Part shown: in pieces, positions 35,690 to 47,087 of the stretch
How positions within the stretch are numbered: position 1 is the stretch's first letter
How the letters are laid out: each line of letters opens with the position of its first letter
Source: Mesotaenium endlicherianum
Lineage: Eukaryota
NCBI GenBank assembly: GCA_009602735.1
Contig: WELA01001870.1
Location: 48,202 to 112,201 of the forward strand
Reading direction: 5' to 3'
DNA: 64,000 bases
The notes under the pieces: generated by a model
The model's input: the letters and a program-made list of their open reading frames with translations, nothing else
What the model was told of the DNA's origin: nothing
The model's database searches: none
Program-made: the position numbers and the translations under genes

Positions 35690-37496
35690 AAAGTTTTGAC
35701 GGAATTTGACCAGGTTTGACCGGGTTTGACTCTAGTACAATCGGGTGCAAGGGACACGTGAGGTGGAAAGGGAGCTCCAACTTGCTTGAAGTAGGAGGTT
35801 GGCACCTTTGTGCTGCAACTGTTTGAGTGTATTCATATGGGCATGTAGATTGCAGACTTGCAAGCTTGAAAGAATTTTGCAAGTTCTTTATCATTCAGTA
35901 AAGTTGGAAGCCAATAGTAAGTACGAAGTGGCATGTATTATTGGTCGCCACTGCATCAAGGGCTTTCTTAAGTTTCTATTAGAGACGTTAATTTGGGAAT
36001 ATGCAGGCACCAGTGCCAAACATTTTCAAGTGTTGCGCATTAAGCATTACTGAGGCTTGCAAGTGCAGCCTCGTGTAGCATAACTCTTGAGGCTAGGTGA
36101 TAAGCACACGTACTTTCCTACGTATACTTGCACACTTCTCAATACATATGTAGAAAAATTGGCATGCTCTTCTGTTGTGCGCATTCCTTAACTGTTTTTT
36201 TGGATTCTTGAAGATATTTTCAAAGACTACATGCACCAGGAAAAAAAACGTTCAACTGCAATTATTTAGATACGTACTCGCTTATGAGATGATTGCTGTC
36301 GTGGGTTTCCTTTTGAGCCTTATTGAAGCATAATATGTAGATCACTCTTTCAATGGTGATAGTAACTTCTCTTAAGAAACTTCTTTGATGGTTAGAATTC
36401 CACATGGGTATATTGATAGGTACACAGAAACTAGTATAATGTTGGTATACCTCCTTGACAAGTATTCTATCTACACACGGTCTTCAATCAAGATTGAGCC
36501 TCACCACCGCATATTATTAGTATGGACAAGAATGGAGATTTCAAATTTTGAAGGCTCATTATTGTGCTGCCAAATGAACATGAACAATAAAAATACAGTT
36601 TATTGTGAATTCAATGTTAGAGATATGAGACGATGATTACGAGTAAGAAAGAATGGAAACAAAACAATTACATCAGCCCCCCATGCAGCTTGTCGTCATC
36701 ATATGTGTAATTGCCACATCAATATCTAGATTCTGAGATCTTGAAATTCTCACCCGAGGTCACATTCTGCTTGATCTTATACAATCTTAGCAAGACATAG
36801 TGTTTAACATAGTTGCAGAGAGGTTGATTTGCACGCCTATTATGCATTAAGTATGTGCACCAATTAGGAGAAAATTATTATCATGCTTCTGCTCGTGTAA
36901 GTTCTATACGTGCGTACGCTCAAGTCCATGTTCTTACATACTTTGAAACTCATTGTGTACGTGTTCAACTGGGATCAACGCAAAAATATTCGATGTGGCT
37001 GTGAGTATTGTACCGCCCTTCTCCATCTTTATAAGACTTTCTTCATAAATGACGCCCCTTCTTTTTTGCTTAAAGAATGCACATCCCTTGGGTGTTTACG
37101 TGAGCGGTCATGGCGAGGCCAAGCAAGGCGAAGCCTCGACTGAGCCGCAATGTAGCTCGTGAGGGGGGCGTGGAGAGGGCGCCCTCAAGTGGAGTGAGGA
37201 GAGTTGGAGCACATGCTAGTAGGCAGCCATGGCCGCTCGCTGTAGCATGGCCGCCTGCTTGTTAAGAGGGCATGAGGGAGAGAAGGTGGAAAAGGAGCGG
37301 GAAGGGTGCTATGGTGGGAGGGCATGAGGGATGGTGGAGGGAGGGGGAGAGGTCGATATATTGACGGCGAGCATCGACAATGGTCGCACTGTTTTGACGC
37401 TTTATTTGTTGCAATTGTTTGGAGCTGCCTTGTCACGTTCAATACACTTACAGTTGATTATGTGCCGTAGTTTGTTAGCTTCAGTAAGGCGCCCGT

Positions 37497-38890
37497 TGTC
37501 GCGATTGGTACCAATTGGACGGCGCAGCATGCGGGGCGCAAGTCATGGCTGCTTGGTAGCGTTGACTCACCGACCAAGGTTGTTGATATAAACAAAGTCA
37601 GCAATGACCGTCAAAGTCGTAACATGCGCAAGCGTGACCAAGACAAGTCAAAAGTCACACTGAATGGTGGGTGGGATTTGACAGCTAGGTCAGCTGCAAG
37701 GTTGACCCCACCAGGACCCACAAATGGTCCATGTCAGCAGCTACCAAGGCAAGGAAGTTGACCCAAGCTGACCCAGCAGCTAGTTCAGAAAGATCTGACC
37801 CAGCAGCTAGCTCAGCGGTGGAAGAGTCAGGCCACGCTAAGTAAGCAGGTTAACTCAACAGCAGCCCTTCAATAGAGCTGCCACGTCAAAAATTGACACA
37901 ACAAGAGACGTGGTTTAGAAGCCACGAGGGCGTGCATGCCAACCGAAAGGTTAAGCGAGCACGCGCAACCGTCACGACTCACGAGGCGTGCATGCAAGCT
38001 GAGTGAGGCGACATGATATAAGACCTGCTGTGACGTTCAGATGCATGCAACAAAGTCACGGCAACTTCAAACGAGGCCAGCTTGCATGGCACCTGTGATA
38101 GACACCAGCCTCGCACACTCCACCCTCATTCTGACTCACATTTTTTTTCAGGTCCAAGAAGACGAAGGCGAGAAGGGGAAGGAGATTAGAGGAGAAGAAG
38201 AAGGCGCGAAGAAGAAGAAAAGGAACTCCCAAGGCCCCAAGAAGGCAAGACGGCAGGCTTCGGTTGACGCTGAAGAATCCTGGTTTTGTCTCAAACTTTG
38301 TAACACATAAAAGTGAGAATTCAGGGGTTCTCAAGAAGGGAGTTTCGCTTGAAAGATTTAGAGAGCTTGCAGATAGGATCTGCTAGGAAATCATAGCACT
38401 GTTAAACAACCACCACAAGAATGTGAAAGTGTTGTTTTAGTGTCCAAGTTTGCAAAAGTCTTAATTGTCGAATTGTTAAAGGCAAGAGCAGAATTAACAA
38501 GATTTGAAGCCCTCTGGGGGAAATTGAGTGAGCCCAGCCAGCAGTGAGTACTGTTAGGCAAGGCTTTGAGCAAAAGACTCAAACCAGGCCGGCATAGATG
38601 CTATAGTTTCAGAGTTTTGTAAGCTGTGACTTTGTGAAAAGTTAAGTGAAAGCCTTGGTGAGCGATTTTCTTTGAATGTTGGTGTTGCTTGTGATCTGCT
38701 TAAATGCGATTTCCGCAAACTATAATTTGTTCACTTGTATATCCTTCAATTTGGGCAAAATCCCATTGTGTAGTAAGACGCTTGTGTATGTAAGGAAAGT
38801 AGAGATGTAAAAAACTTGTTGAAAAATTCCTAAGTCTTAAAGTAGGAACTAAGACAAAGCAAAGCTAAGTGTGGAATTTACAAAGTTACG
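37497..38890 (+). mobile_element. Solo-LTR-like element, family A copy 1 (3' end shorter or diverged)
   Basis: Starts TGTCGCGA like the copy at 47088 and shares blocks with it (cgttgactcaccgacca; ctgctagga; tgagtgagcccagcc; agtttcagagttttgtaagctg). It lacks the last ~250 bp of the other copies. A possible 4-bp TSD CCGT lies at 37493-37496 and 38891-38894. Confidence 0.65.
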
Positions 38891-39213
38891 CCGTTCGCCA
38901 GTACGCTTAGTTTTACAGTTCGCTTAACACTAGATGGCCCGGAGCATCAAATATGATGCAACGCACAGATTCTGATGCATCTACTTGCCCCCCTTGCGAC
39001 CTCTGTATCTCTCTTAACACTTATTTGCTTTTATCAAAATTAGTCTTAGACGATGGGCTATATCGCCAAGTGTCCGCAAGTAAATCTACAGGTAAAAGAA
39101 TCAAAATGCGTACACGTGGTTCACAATACCGTACGGTGCTAATTTCGGTTTTAATGAAGAGAACGAATCGAAAAGAAGGCTAACAGCCTTTTTCTTTGCG
39201 AGCTTCGTCCGCC

Positions 39214-41586
39214 ATGGATGTCTTTGAATGTTCGTTAGACGCACTTTTAGACACTAAAATTTTGGTTCCCGTTGCTCACTTCGGTACTGCATGGGCAAAA
39301 GAGAAGTTTTGTGCTTTTGGGGATGAGTTGTTGATAGAGGGAGTGGTGAAGAAGGGGGTGGTGGGGAAAAAGAAGGAGGGTTGTGTGTACGAGGTGTATT
39401 TTGTCTATGACAAGCGTAAGCAGAGATTTTTAGAGTCTTTCGTGAGAGAACACCTCCGCGAAGAGTCTAAGACACTCCATGAATTTTGTGAGGGTGTGTA
39501 CTCGCGGAAAGATGAGAAGGAAGAACCGGAAAAAGAAGTTGTGCAGGAAAATGACCGTAGGTCATCTTTCCAAGTGTCTGAGACCCCTTTGGTGCCTCAA
39601 GAACTAGATATGGGGCAACAAGGTTCTCAACCTAGCATAGATGATAGCCAGCCCTATTTGAGAGAAGGAAGAGGGGTCGGCCTGTGGGGTCAAACAAGAT
39701 AGCAGCTCCTTCCATGAGGAGTAAGTTCATGTTTCAAGGGCCCCCTCTCACAACAAAAAAAGGAAAAGAGCCCATGATAGACTCTGATTCCGACCCTGAG
39801 AGCAGCAACAACAGTTATGGAGAAGACAGATTATCTTCCGAGGAGGAAGAGGAGGTGCCTCTTGCTCCCACCATGCTGGAGGAGGAGGAGGAGGAGGAGA
39901 AGGAGTATGAAGAAATTTGGGATTGGAAAGAGCCTGCTCGCGAAGACTCCTGCTAGGTGGAGTTGCTGCAGCCTAGCACTACACATCACCATGGTTTGCA
40001 GGGTATTCCAGACAGGAGGTTTAGAGGCTTGAGCTCCTTTGGGATCTTTTGTTTGTTCATGCCTATTGCATTCTTTCAGCAGTTGGTATTGGAGACAAAC
40101 AATTATGCATCACTGCATCTTGTCAGAGGTTGGAATCCTGTCACATGCACGGAGATGGTTGTTTTCCATGGGCTATGCATGGCTATGGGCTTGCATGGAC
40201 TACCAAGACTGAGGAGTTACTGGCAGAAGACTATGAAAGGGCCTATTACACTTCCTAGCTTTGGCAGATTCATGAGTAGGAATAGGTTCAAAGAGATAAG
40301 AAGATTCTTTCATCTTAAAGATAATAGACAAAGAACATGCTTTCCTCTAGACTCTAGAGAATACAAGCTATGGCAGCTCCAACCCTAGTTTGAAAATACT
40401 CCCATATTGTCTCTTTTGGCCGTACCGTACGTATTGTAATACTCCGTATCGTCGTATTCCGAAATACTCGTACAGACCGATTTTCCGATTTATTGTTGAT
40501 TTATTGTTGATTTATAGTCGATTTATATCACCAACACTCACGTATTCCGACGTATTCCAGCGTACAATTTTGACTCTCACGTATCGTACGAACGACGAAT
40601 ACGTAAATACGTATGCGGCGAATCCGAATTTTTAAACTAGAGCTACAACCCTTCACAATCTTGTGCATGGAAATCTTCAGCAAGTACTACAGCCCTGGTG
40701 CAACCCTCACAGTAGATGAAAGAACCATTCCTATCCGCAACAAGCAGTGTCCCATTAGAGTGTACAACTTCTCCAAAGCATACAAGTATGGCTTAGAAGT
40801 ATTTACAATTTGTGATGCAATTACTTACTTCTGCTATGCCTTCATTATCCTAAGGCTATGTTGTGTATGAAGCCTGATAGCCAGCCTAAAGGTGCTTGTC
40901 TGCCAGCTTACATTGAACACCCCCCTATGGTAGCAGGTGTTTGGAATGACAAAGCTCCTTGTGCATTTCTATCTACAGCCAAAGGGCTAGCTCCCAAAAC
41001 ACAAACTAGGCGTAACAGAAAACAGAAACTTGTCCTTCCAGCTCCTGAGTTAGTTGAGCACCACAACTTGTATAAAGATGCTGTAGATCAATATGATGCA
41101 TAATGTTTGAAGAGGGGCTACAGTGCTAAGAGAGTTCTAGTCAACAGGAAGTGGTGGCACAGAGCATATTGGGGTCTTTTTGATGGCCTTCTAGCTAACG
41201 TGTTTAACATGCACAAGATGGTGAATCTTACCGCGGACAGGTGGAACACTTACTTGGACATCATGGATGAGATGTGATCTTTCCAGCACCCTAATGATTC
41301 ACATTCTAGTGGAGTGTCAACAAGGTTTGTGGCAGCTCAACCTACAGGAGAAAGAAGGTTCAATGGAAGGCACTTTCCAGCGGAGGTAGAGAAGAGATAC
41401 TATTGCGTCGTGTGCGTTGCCGATACTTTTGGACATCGTGCTAATAGGAAGAGAGCTAAGTATAGTGACTACAAGTGCTTGCAGTGCAATATCTATTTTT
41501 GTGCTGCCCCATGCTTTCAGATCTACCATACAACCAGAGAGATTCCCCATCTTGATGTTGGACCAAAGAGAAAGAAGAGGAAATAG
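39214..41586 (+). pseudogene. piggyBac DDD transposase pseudogene with C-terminal cysteine-rich domain
   Basis: Fragments: acidic N-terminus; LVLETNNYA..RSYW..FGRFMSRNRFKEIRRFFHLKDN; TLTVDERTIP..KAYKYG..CDA; WNDK..FLST; HNLYKDAVDQYD; KWWHRAYWGL; CVVC..CLQCNIYFCAAPCFQIYH. Lesions: frameshift near 39700, stops at 39954, 41101 and 41275, a MITE insertion, and loss of the central DN(F/Y) catalytic segment near 40850. Confidence 0.9.
40385..40640. mobile_element. 256-bp MITE inserted in the piggyBac transposase
   Basis: TIR CTAGTTTGAAAAT...ATTTTTAAACTAG, flanked by AGCTCCAACC (40375-40384) and AGCTACAACC (40641-40650). Removing the element plus one copy restores ..KLWQLQP-FTILC.. in frame. Internal cgta/tacg repeats. 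Confidence 0.85.
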
Positions 41587-42307
41587 AGACATTTGGGCGT
41601 GATATTGACGAAAATTGTACATTTTGTTATAAGGTAGAATAAAATGTATGCTACTGCTATAAAACTTCTGAGGGTATGAGACTCATGTGTTGATGTGACT
41701 GTATTTTATTATATTTCTTGTTTTTTCGAAAACAAAAATAATGCAAATTTTACCCCTGAAGAGTGAATATTTAACTTACTTAATTCATTTTTATATTAAA
41801 GAAAAATCAGAAAGCTATCAAAGCAATTATGTGGTGTGTATAGTTAGAAGCTAGCATGACCTCTGTGCACTTCAGAAAGTGCTGCTAAGTTTCAGGCAGG
41901 TACCAAAACGCTTGTTGCATCAATGTTTTTTTGCGCATCAAATGTGATGTTATTTTTCTTTGGGACTATTGTGCACTATACTTGTCCTATGACTTTGACA
42001 CTTTGCAGACCCACTTATGACCCTTATGCACACTACTGGGAAAAATCAAAATCTCTGGATCACTCTGTGCTAAGAGTTATGATGCACCAAATATTGCAAT
42101 TTTCTCAAGATTTTTTTGGGTTGCATTCTTTTCAATTTTTTCCCAAAAAAAAAATCAAGTTACCAAAAAAAAATTTAGGATCCTCAAAATTGTGATATAA
42201 GATTTTCAAATATATGCATCACTCAAGATTTGGATTGGTATTGTGGTGGGAAAAATCAAGAGTGAAGGTAGTAGATGCATCAAAAAGTGTGTATTCTGGT
42301 GGGCCAT

Positions 42308-43571
42308 TGAAATGAATCTTGCTTATTCAAGATTAATATATTTCATTTAAATATAAAAGATCAGAGATAGGTGGAAGCGTGTGAAATCAGGGAGCGATCT
42401 TTGCCCTTATAATGAATTCCGTTTACTCATCTATAACCCTTGACTCACTTATCGTAGTGTGCCATAGTTGCACACGAATGCAAGGCACAAGAAAGAGGCG
42501 AGCTTGAGGACTAGAGCTTCTCCTTTAGAAACTCCTGACCTCTCGCCTACCAGGCATACAAGCATGTGTAAGCACATACACAACATCAGGGGACTGAATA
42601 GCAAAGGCACTCTCATTCAGATGACCATAAAGTAGCTCAAACACATCCCACTGACTTAGGTGCAAAAACCATGGAATCTGTCCGCTGTGTGACCCTGAAA
42701 TGTCAGAGGGCATAACTCTGTCAATACTGCTCCAAATTGAGCAAACTCAACGGCAACGGATGCATCTTGACGAGACCTTTCCGAAAAGTTCTAGTTCTCT
42801 CCAAATGAAGCGCAAACAAAGCAGCCATGGCAATTTCCGTGAAGGCTGGTCATTAGAACAAACCCAAAAAGTGCACACATCACTTGCAAGTAGAAAACCG
42901 ACTGTAAAGCCTACTGTCCAGAAATGAGGGACCACGAGATCCCAGCCTGCTATGTACCTAGTGACCACCTGGTTGACCACGGCGCAAGGTGCGCCGTTTC
43001 GTGGGAAACCCGTTAAGTTGGGACCCACGGATCTAGGTATAACGACCATATTAATTGGTCGGTTGACTGAAGTCCTAACTGTTCAGTTGACTGACGACGG
43101 CTCCGCCTACCCAGGAGTTAACCACACTGGTAGGACATCGGTTTACCGAATCTCAGTCGACCTCCCGACTTTCAGTATACTACGGTCACATGTGCCAATC
43201 TACAAATAACAATCTAAATGAATATGTCTATCCTCAGCGTACTGAAGCTAAGTATATTGACTAATATCAAGCGAGCTTACTATATGTCAACCTACTGATA
43301 TTATATCCTGTATATAACTGATATATAAATCTCAGCAAACTATACTATGTTACAAAAGTCATCCTGCTGACCTTTTCAACAAAGTCAGCAAACTACACTA
43401 TGGTACAAAAGTCATCCTGCTGACCTTTTTGACAAAGTAAGTAAACTCGCATTACATCGACATACATTCATTTAGATGAACTCGCACATGTGAGTATATA
43501 GACATAATACTTATTTAGTGTTATATTTATATATGCAATTAATTAAATAAATAATGAACTGATTCATTACA
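42308..43571. mobile_element. 1264-bp solo-LTR-like element (family B) inserted into the right TIR of the piggyBac
   Basis: Termini TGAAATGAATC...GATTCATTACA (inverted, 1 mismatch, TG..CA) with 5-bp TSD GCCAT at 42303-42307 and 43572-43576. It contains a 53-bp tandem duplication at 43332-43437. Confidence 0.8.
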
Positions 43572-44405
43572 GCCATCTAGTGTTAGTCATTATAGTTCGT
43601 GCAATATTTGGAGCCTAGTTCGCTTAGTTCGTGTTGAATTTTTTTTTAAATATTATATTTATGTAGAGACACGAACTCAAGAGTTGACGTAATGTCATAC
43701 ATGTCGTACATTTTCGTTATTTTTTTAGCACGAGCCAGGCAAAAAAACTATTTTTGAAATTTTTTACCCTACTAATTTTTGCCAGTTTTTTCCCTTCCAA
43801 GTCTCTTTTTCCCAAGCATGTTGTAGTGTCATTTTCTAAGATGATGTTTAAAATGGAGAAGTGAAAGGAAGATTTGCAAACAAGAATGTGAAGCACTAAA
43901 AGACAACACGTGAAAGAATTTTTTGAAGTTTTCTTCAAAAGTCTCTTTGAAAAGGCAAGATAATATCATGAACATGGAAGTAAGCAAGAAGCTGAAAAGA
44001 AAAACGAGTCAAAATCAACACAAAGAGAGATGTTCATAATGAGATAATATAAAAAAACTCGAACAAGCCAAGAAAAGCACACAAAGTGGACATAATGGAA
44101 ATGCCAGGACACATCTAGAATGAAGGAGTAAAAGGGAAGTATTCTAATGTCGAATGGCAAAATGGGTGAATGCCCACATGCTGAACAAAAGAACTAAAGG
44201 TCAACGTTTAGTAACATTCATATGGAAGTCTGGCATGATAAGATGTGGAAGATATCCACTGAAGGATGCCCACTAGAAAAGATAGAATGGCCGGATTGTC
44301 TTCAGGTCAACATTAGCAAACTTCAGCCCACGTTGGGCCCAAATGGTCGAGTCATATTACATATTAAATGATATATGTGTATATGCATTTGAACTGATTC
44401 ATTAT

Positions 44406-44670
44406 ACTATGAAGGGTTGGAATACTGAAGGATGGGGGATGTAATGGCTGGGCATAATCCCCAATACATACATGAAGACATCCAATCACTCATCCCAGTT
44501 GCAAAACCATTGGCAATGATAGTCAAAATGGTGAAACAAGTCATCTGGAAGCACTCAGAGGCAAATCGTCCACTTGGGACGCAATTGGTGCTCTCCTAAC
44601 TATGGAGGGTTGCAATTGTGAGGGATGAGGGATGTAATGGCTGAGCATACTCCTCAATACATATACTAAA
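44406..44670 (+). repeat. Diverged ~70-bp direct repeat pair (~190-bp spacing) in AT-rich TE-derived DNA
   Basis: actatgaagggttgg..gggatgtaatggctgggcataatccccaatacata versus actatggagggttgc..gggatgtaatggctgagcatactcctcaatacata. Confidence 0.7.
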
Positions 44671-45432
44671 ATTGGTAGAAGCAAAATTTAGCAAAAGCAC
44701 CATATATAGACATAAGTCCACTTATTAACATACAAGTTCATCATTTCTTTCTTTTGATGTGACACAAATTGTCAAAATGATATGTACGCATTCCATGGTG
44801 AGTAGTGATCTTGACATGACTTGTACCATTGTGTACCATAGTGATGTATGAAATCATATGAAGTAATGAGGTTAAGTGACATAGATATGGCAGAATATGG
44901 CAGAAGGGGTGGAAGTTTGCAAGAGTCTTCCTTTTTATTAGTGACTTTTTCATAATTTGCTTATCTATGTTGAATTGAGTGTGGAAAAGTCAATACTAAA
45001 TAGATTGATGTATTTTCAGCTGCATGGGGTCTATACATTGACGGTTTTTCACAACCTTGACATTAGATTTCAAATGCTTCTAAAAATATGCAAGGCGACA
45101 TCACTTACTGTGCTAGATGTGAAGCTTATTAATTGATCAATCTAAATAATGATATAATCATAGTCTATTTGATTATGGGACTAAATGGGAAGTGAATGAC
45201 GTCAATAGAATTTAAAAATAAGTGTCCATTCATAATCTGTCCAATAAAATGTTAACAAAATTACGTCAAAATCGTGGCTAAAAAAAAAAGGATATAATAA
45301 TCAAATTAACAATGCATTTGAAAAAAGACTCAAAAAAGAAATGAGAACATAGACAAATTTACCAAAAAAGAGACACTATGCTTTGCCACTAGGTGCCGTA
45401 TCTTTTTGTTTCGTAGCACGAAAAGAGAACAA

Positions 45433-47044
45433 TGTCATGCCTAACAGTGTCAGATCCTTGGCATGTGCGTAGCTTCTCAACACGTGTGCCTTCGACTTGG
45501 ATGATGTGTCGGCGGTCCTTCTCGCGTGCGAGGGGTCCCTGGTCGACTGGTCGGTGCGTTGCTGCACGTGGGAAATCAACCGGTTTGATCGACCTTTGCA
45601 CGTGTGTCGGTGGCATGCCGGTTGGGATTGACCCATTTCTGGTCTTCCTGCACTTGCATCATGTAGTAGAGCATTCAGCAATCAGTGTTCCCCATACTTC
45701 ACCAGTCCTCCCATCCTACAGTCCCAACACTAAATAAAAGTTTCAAAAAGTATACCCCTTTTCAGTTTCCCTTACAAGTAGGACAGAAGTGTCTTACTTC
45801 CAAACAGGCTCTCACCCAAGTTGAGGGTTTACAAAATTATTTTATTTTTAGTTTGCAAAAACCACCACTAAGCAGGTTAGCACCAGCAGTATCAATATTT
45901 CAGAGAAAGTCGCCTTTCAAGTTTTTGCTTAATTTCACAAAGTCACTGCTTACAAAACTACGATCTTATAACTCTACTGCCAGCTTGAGTCGAGCTCTTT
46001 GCCCAACGCCTGGTTTTAGCAGTTTCCACTGCTGGCTAAGCTCGCTCAGTTCTTCACTGAGGGCTTCAAGTGCTAATTCTGCTCTTGCTAACAGCAATTC
46101 GACAATGAGACTTTATGAGAACTTGGAAACTAACACAATACTCACCATTTTATGTGCCTTTCGCACGCTTGTGGTATTTGGTCTGAATCTGTGCTAGACT
46201 CCTAGCAGATTCTATCCTGCAAGCTCTCTATCTTCTATCAGCGCGATCCCTTCTTGGGAACTCTTGAGTTCTAACCTTTCTATGATACAATGAGAGGGGA
46301 ATCTTCAACCGCCGGCAGAAGCGTGGCTTTTTTGGCTCTCTGTGGCCTTGGAAACTTGTTCTTCTTCGCGCTCCTTCTTCTCCTCTCCTTCTGCGCCTGT
46401 GCTCCTTTTTATTTCTTGACGCGAGGGCAAGAATGAGGCGGCTTCTGGTAGGGCTCGTGCCTTCCTCAGGCACCACGCACCATCCTCTCTTGAGAATGCC
46501 AGCGCTTAGTCACAGCGCTTAGCTTGCATGCCGCCCTTGCCTTGCAGCTCTCAAACAGCTTAACAATCGCCACATAGCATGCATGCACGCCTCGTGACTG
46601 TCGCGCGTGACTGCTTGGCCTTTCGGGTAGCAATCACGCCTATGTGGCTGGTGACTGGCAATGCTTGAAGTGAACGCCTAAGCTGTGGCTGGTCACTCAA
46701 GGATCCTAGCCGAGGTGGCACGGCAACCCTTTTACAGCATTTCTGCTGTGACTTGGCTTAGCTGGCCCATTGGTCAGTGCCTTACTTGGCATCTGCTGAC
46801 CTGAACCATCGCTTGTCCCTAGCATTTAGCCTTTCCGCTGACCACACTGTCACATCCCTACCCATCATTGAGTGTGGGGGTTTGACGTATAGCGGCCACT
46901 CTTTCAGTGACTACAACTTTGACCTAATCGGTGACTAAAATGAAATCAGTCTTTGGTTGGTAAGTCAATGCTGACTTTACGTTTCTGGGCGGTCCTGACT
47001 TGTGCTGCGAGTGCGGCGCCGTCAAACGAGTGGCAGTTGCGACA
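45433..47044 (-). mobile_element. Solo-LTR-like element, family A copy 2 (1612 bp), 4-bp TSD ACAA
   Basis: Termini TGTCATGCCTAACAGTGTC...GTTGCGACA, with ACAA at 45429-45432 and 47045-47048. Its reverse complement is colinear with 47088-48602. Confidence 0.85.
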
Positions 47045-47087
47045 ACAATTGCTAAATTAGTTTATAGCAATATGTTTATTTGACATT

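Larger units (their letters stand above)
38928..43582 (+). mobile_element. piggyBac-superfamily DNA transposon, defective, with two nested insertions
   Basis: TTAA (38924-38927) precedes the TIR CACTAGATGGCCC. The right end GCCATCTAGTG (43572-43582) is followed by TTAG. A subterminal inverted 12-mer is present (TGATGCATCTAC 38973-38984 / GTAGATGCATCA 42271-42282), and transposase fragments lie inside. Confidence 0.9.

Noticed and set aside
38928..38932. CACTA terminus suggesting an En/Spm (CACTA) element
   Set aside because: The TTAA target and the piggyBac-type transposase and Cys-rich domain identify piggyBac. There is no 3-bp TSD or TnpD motif.
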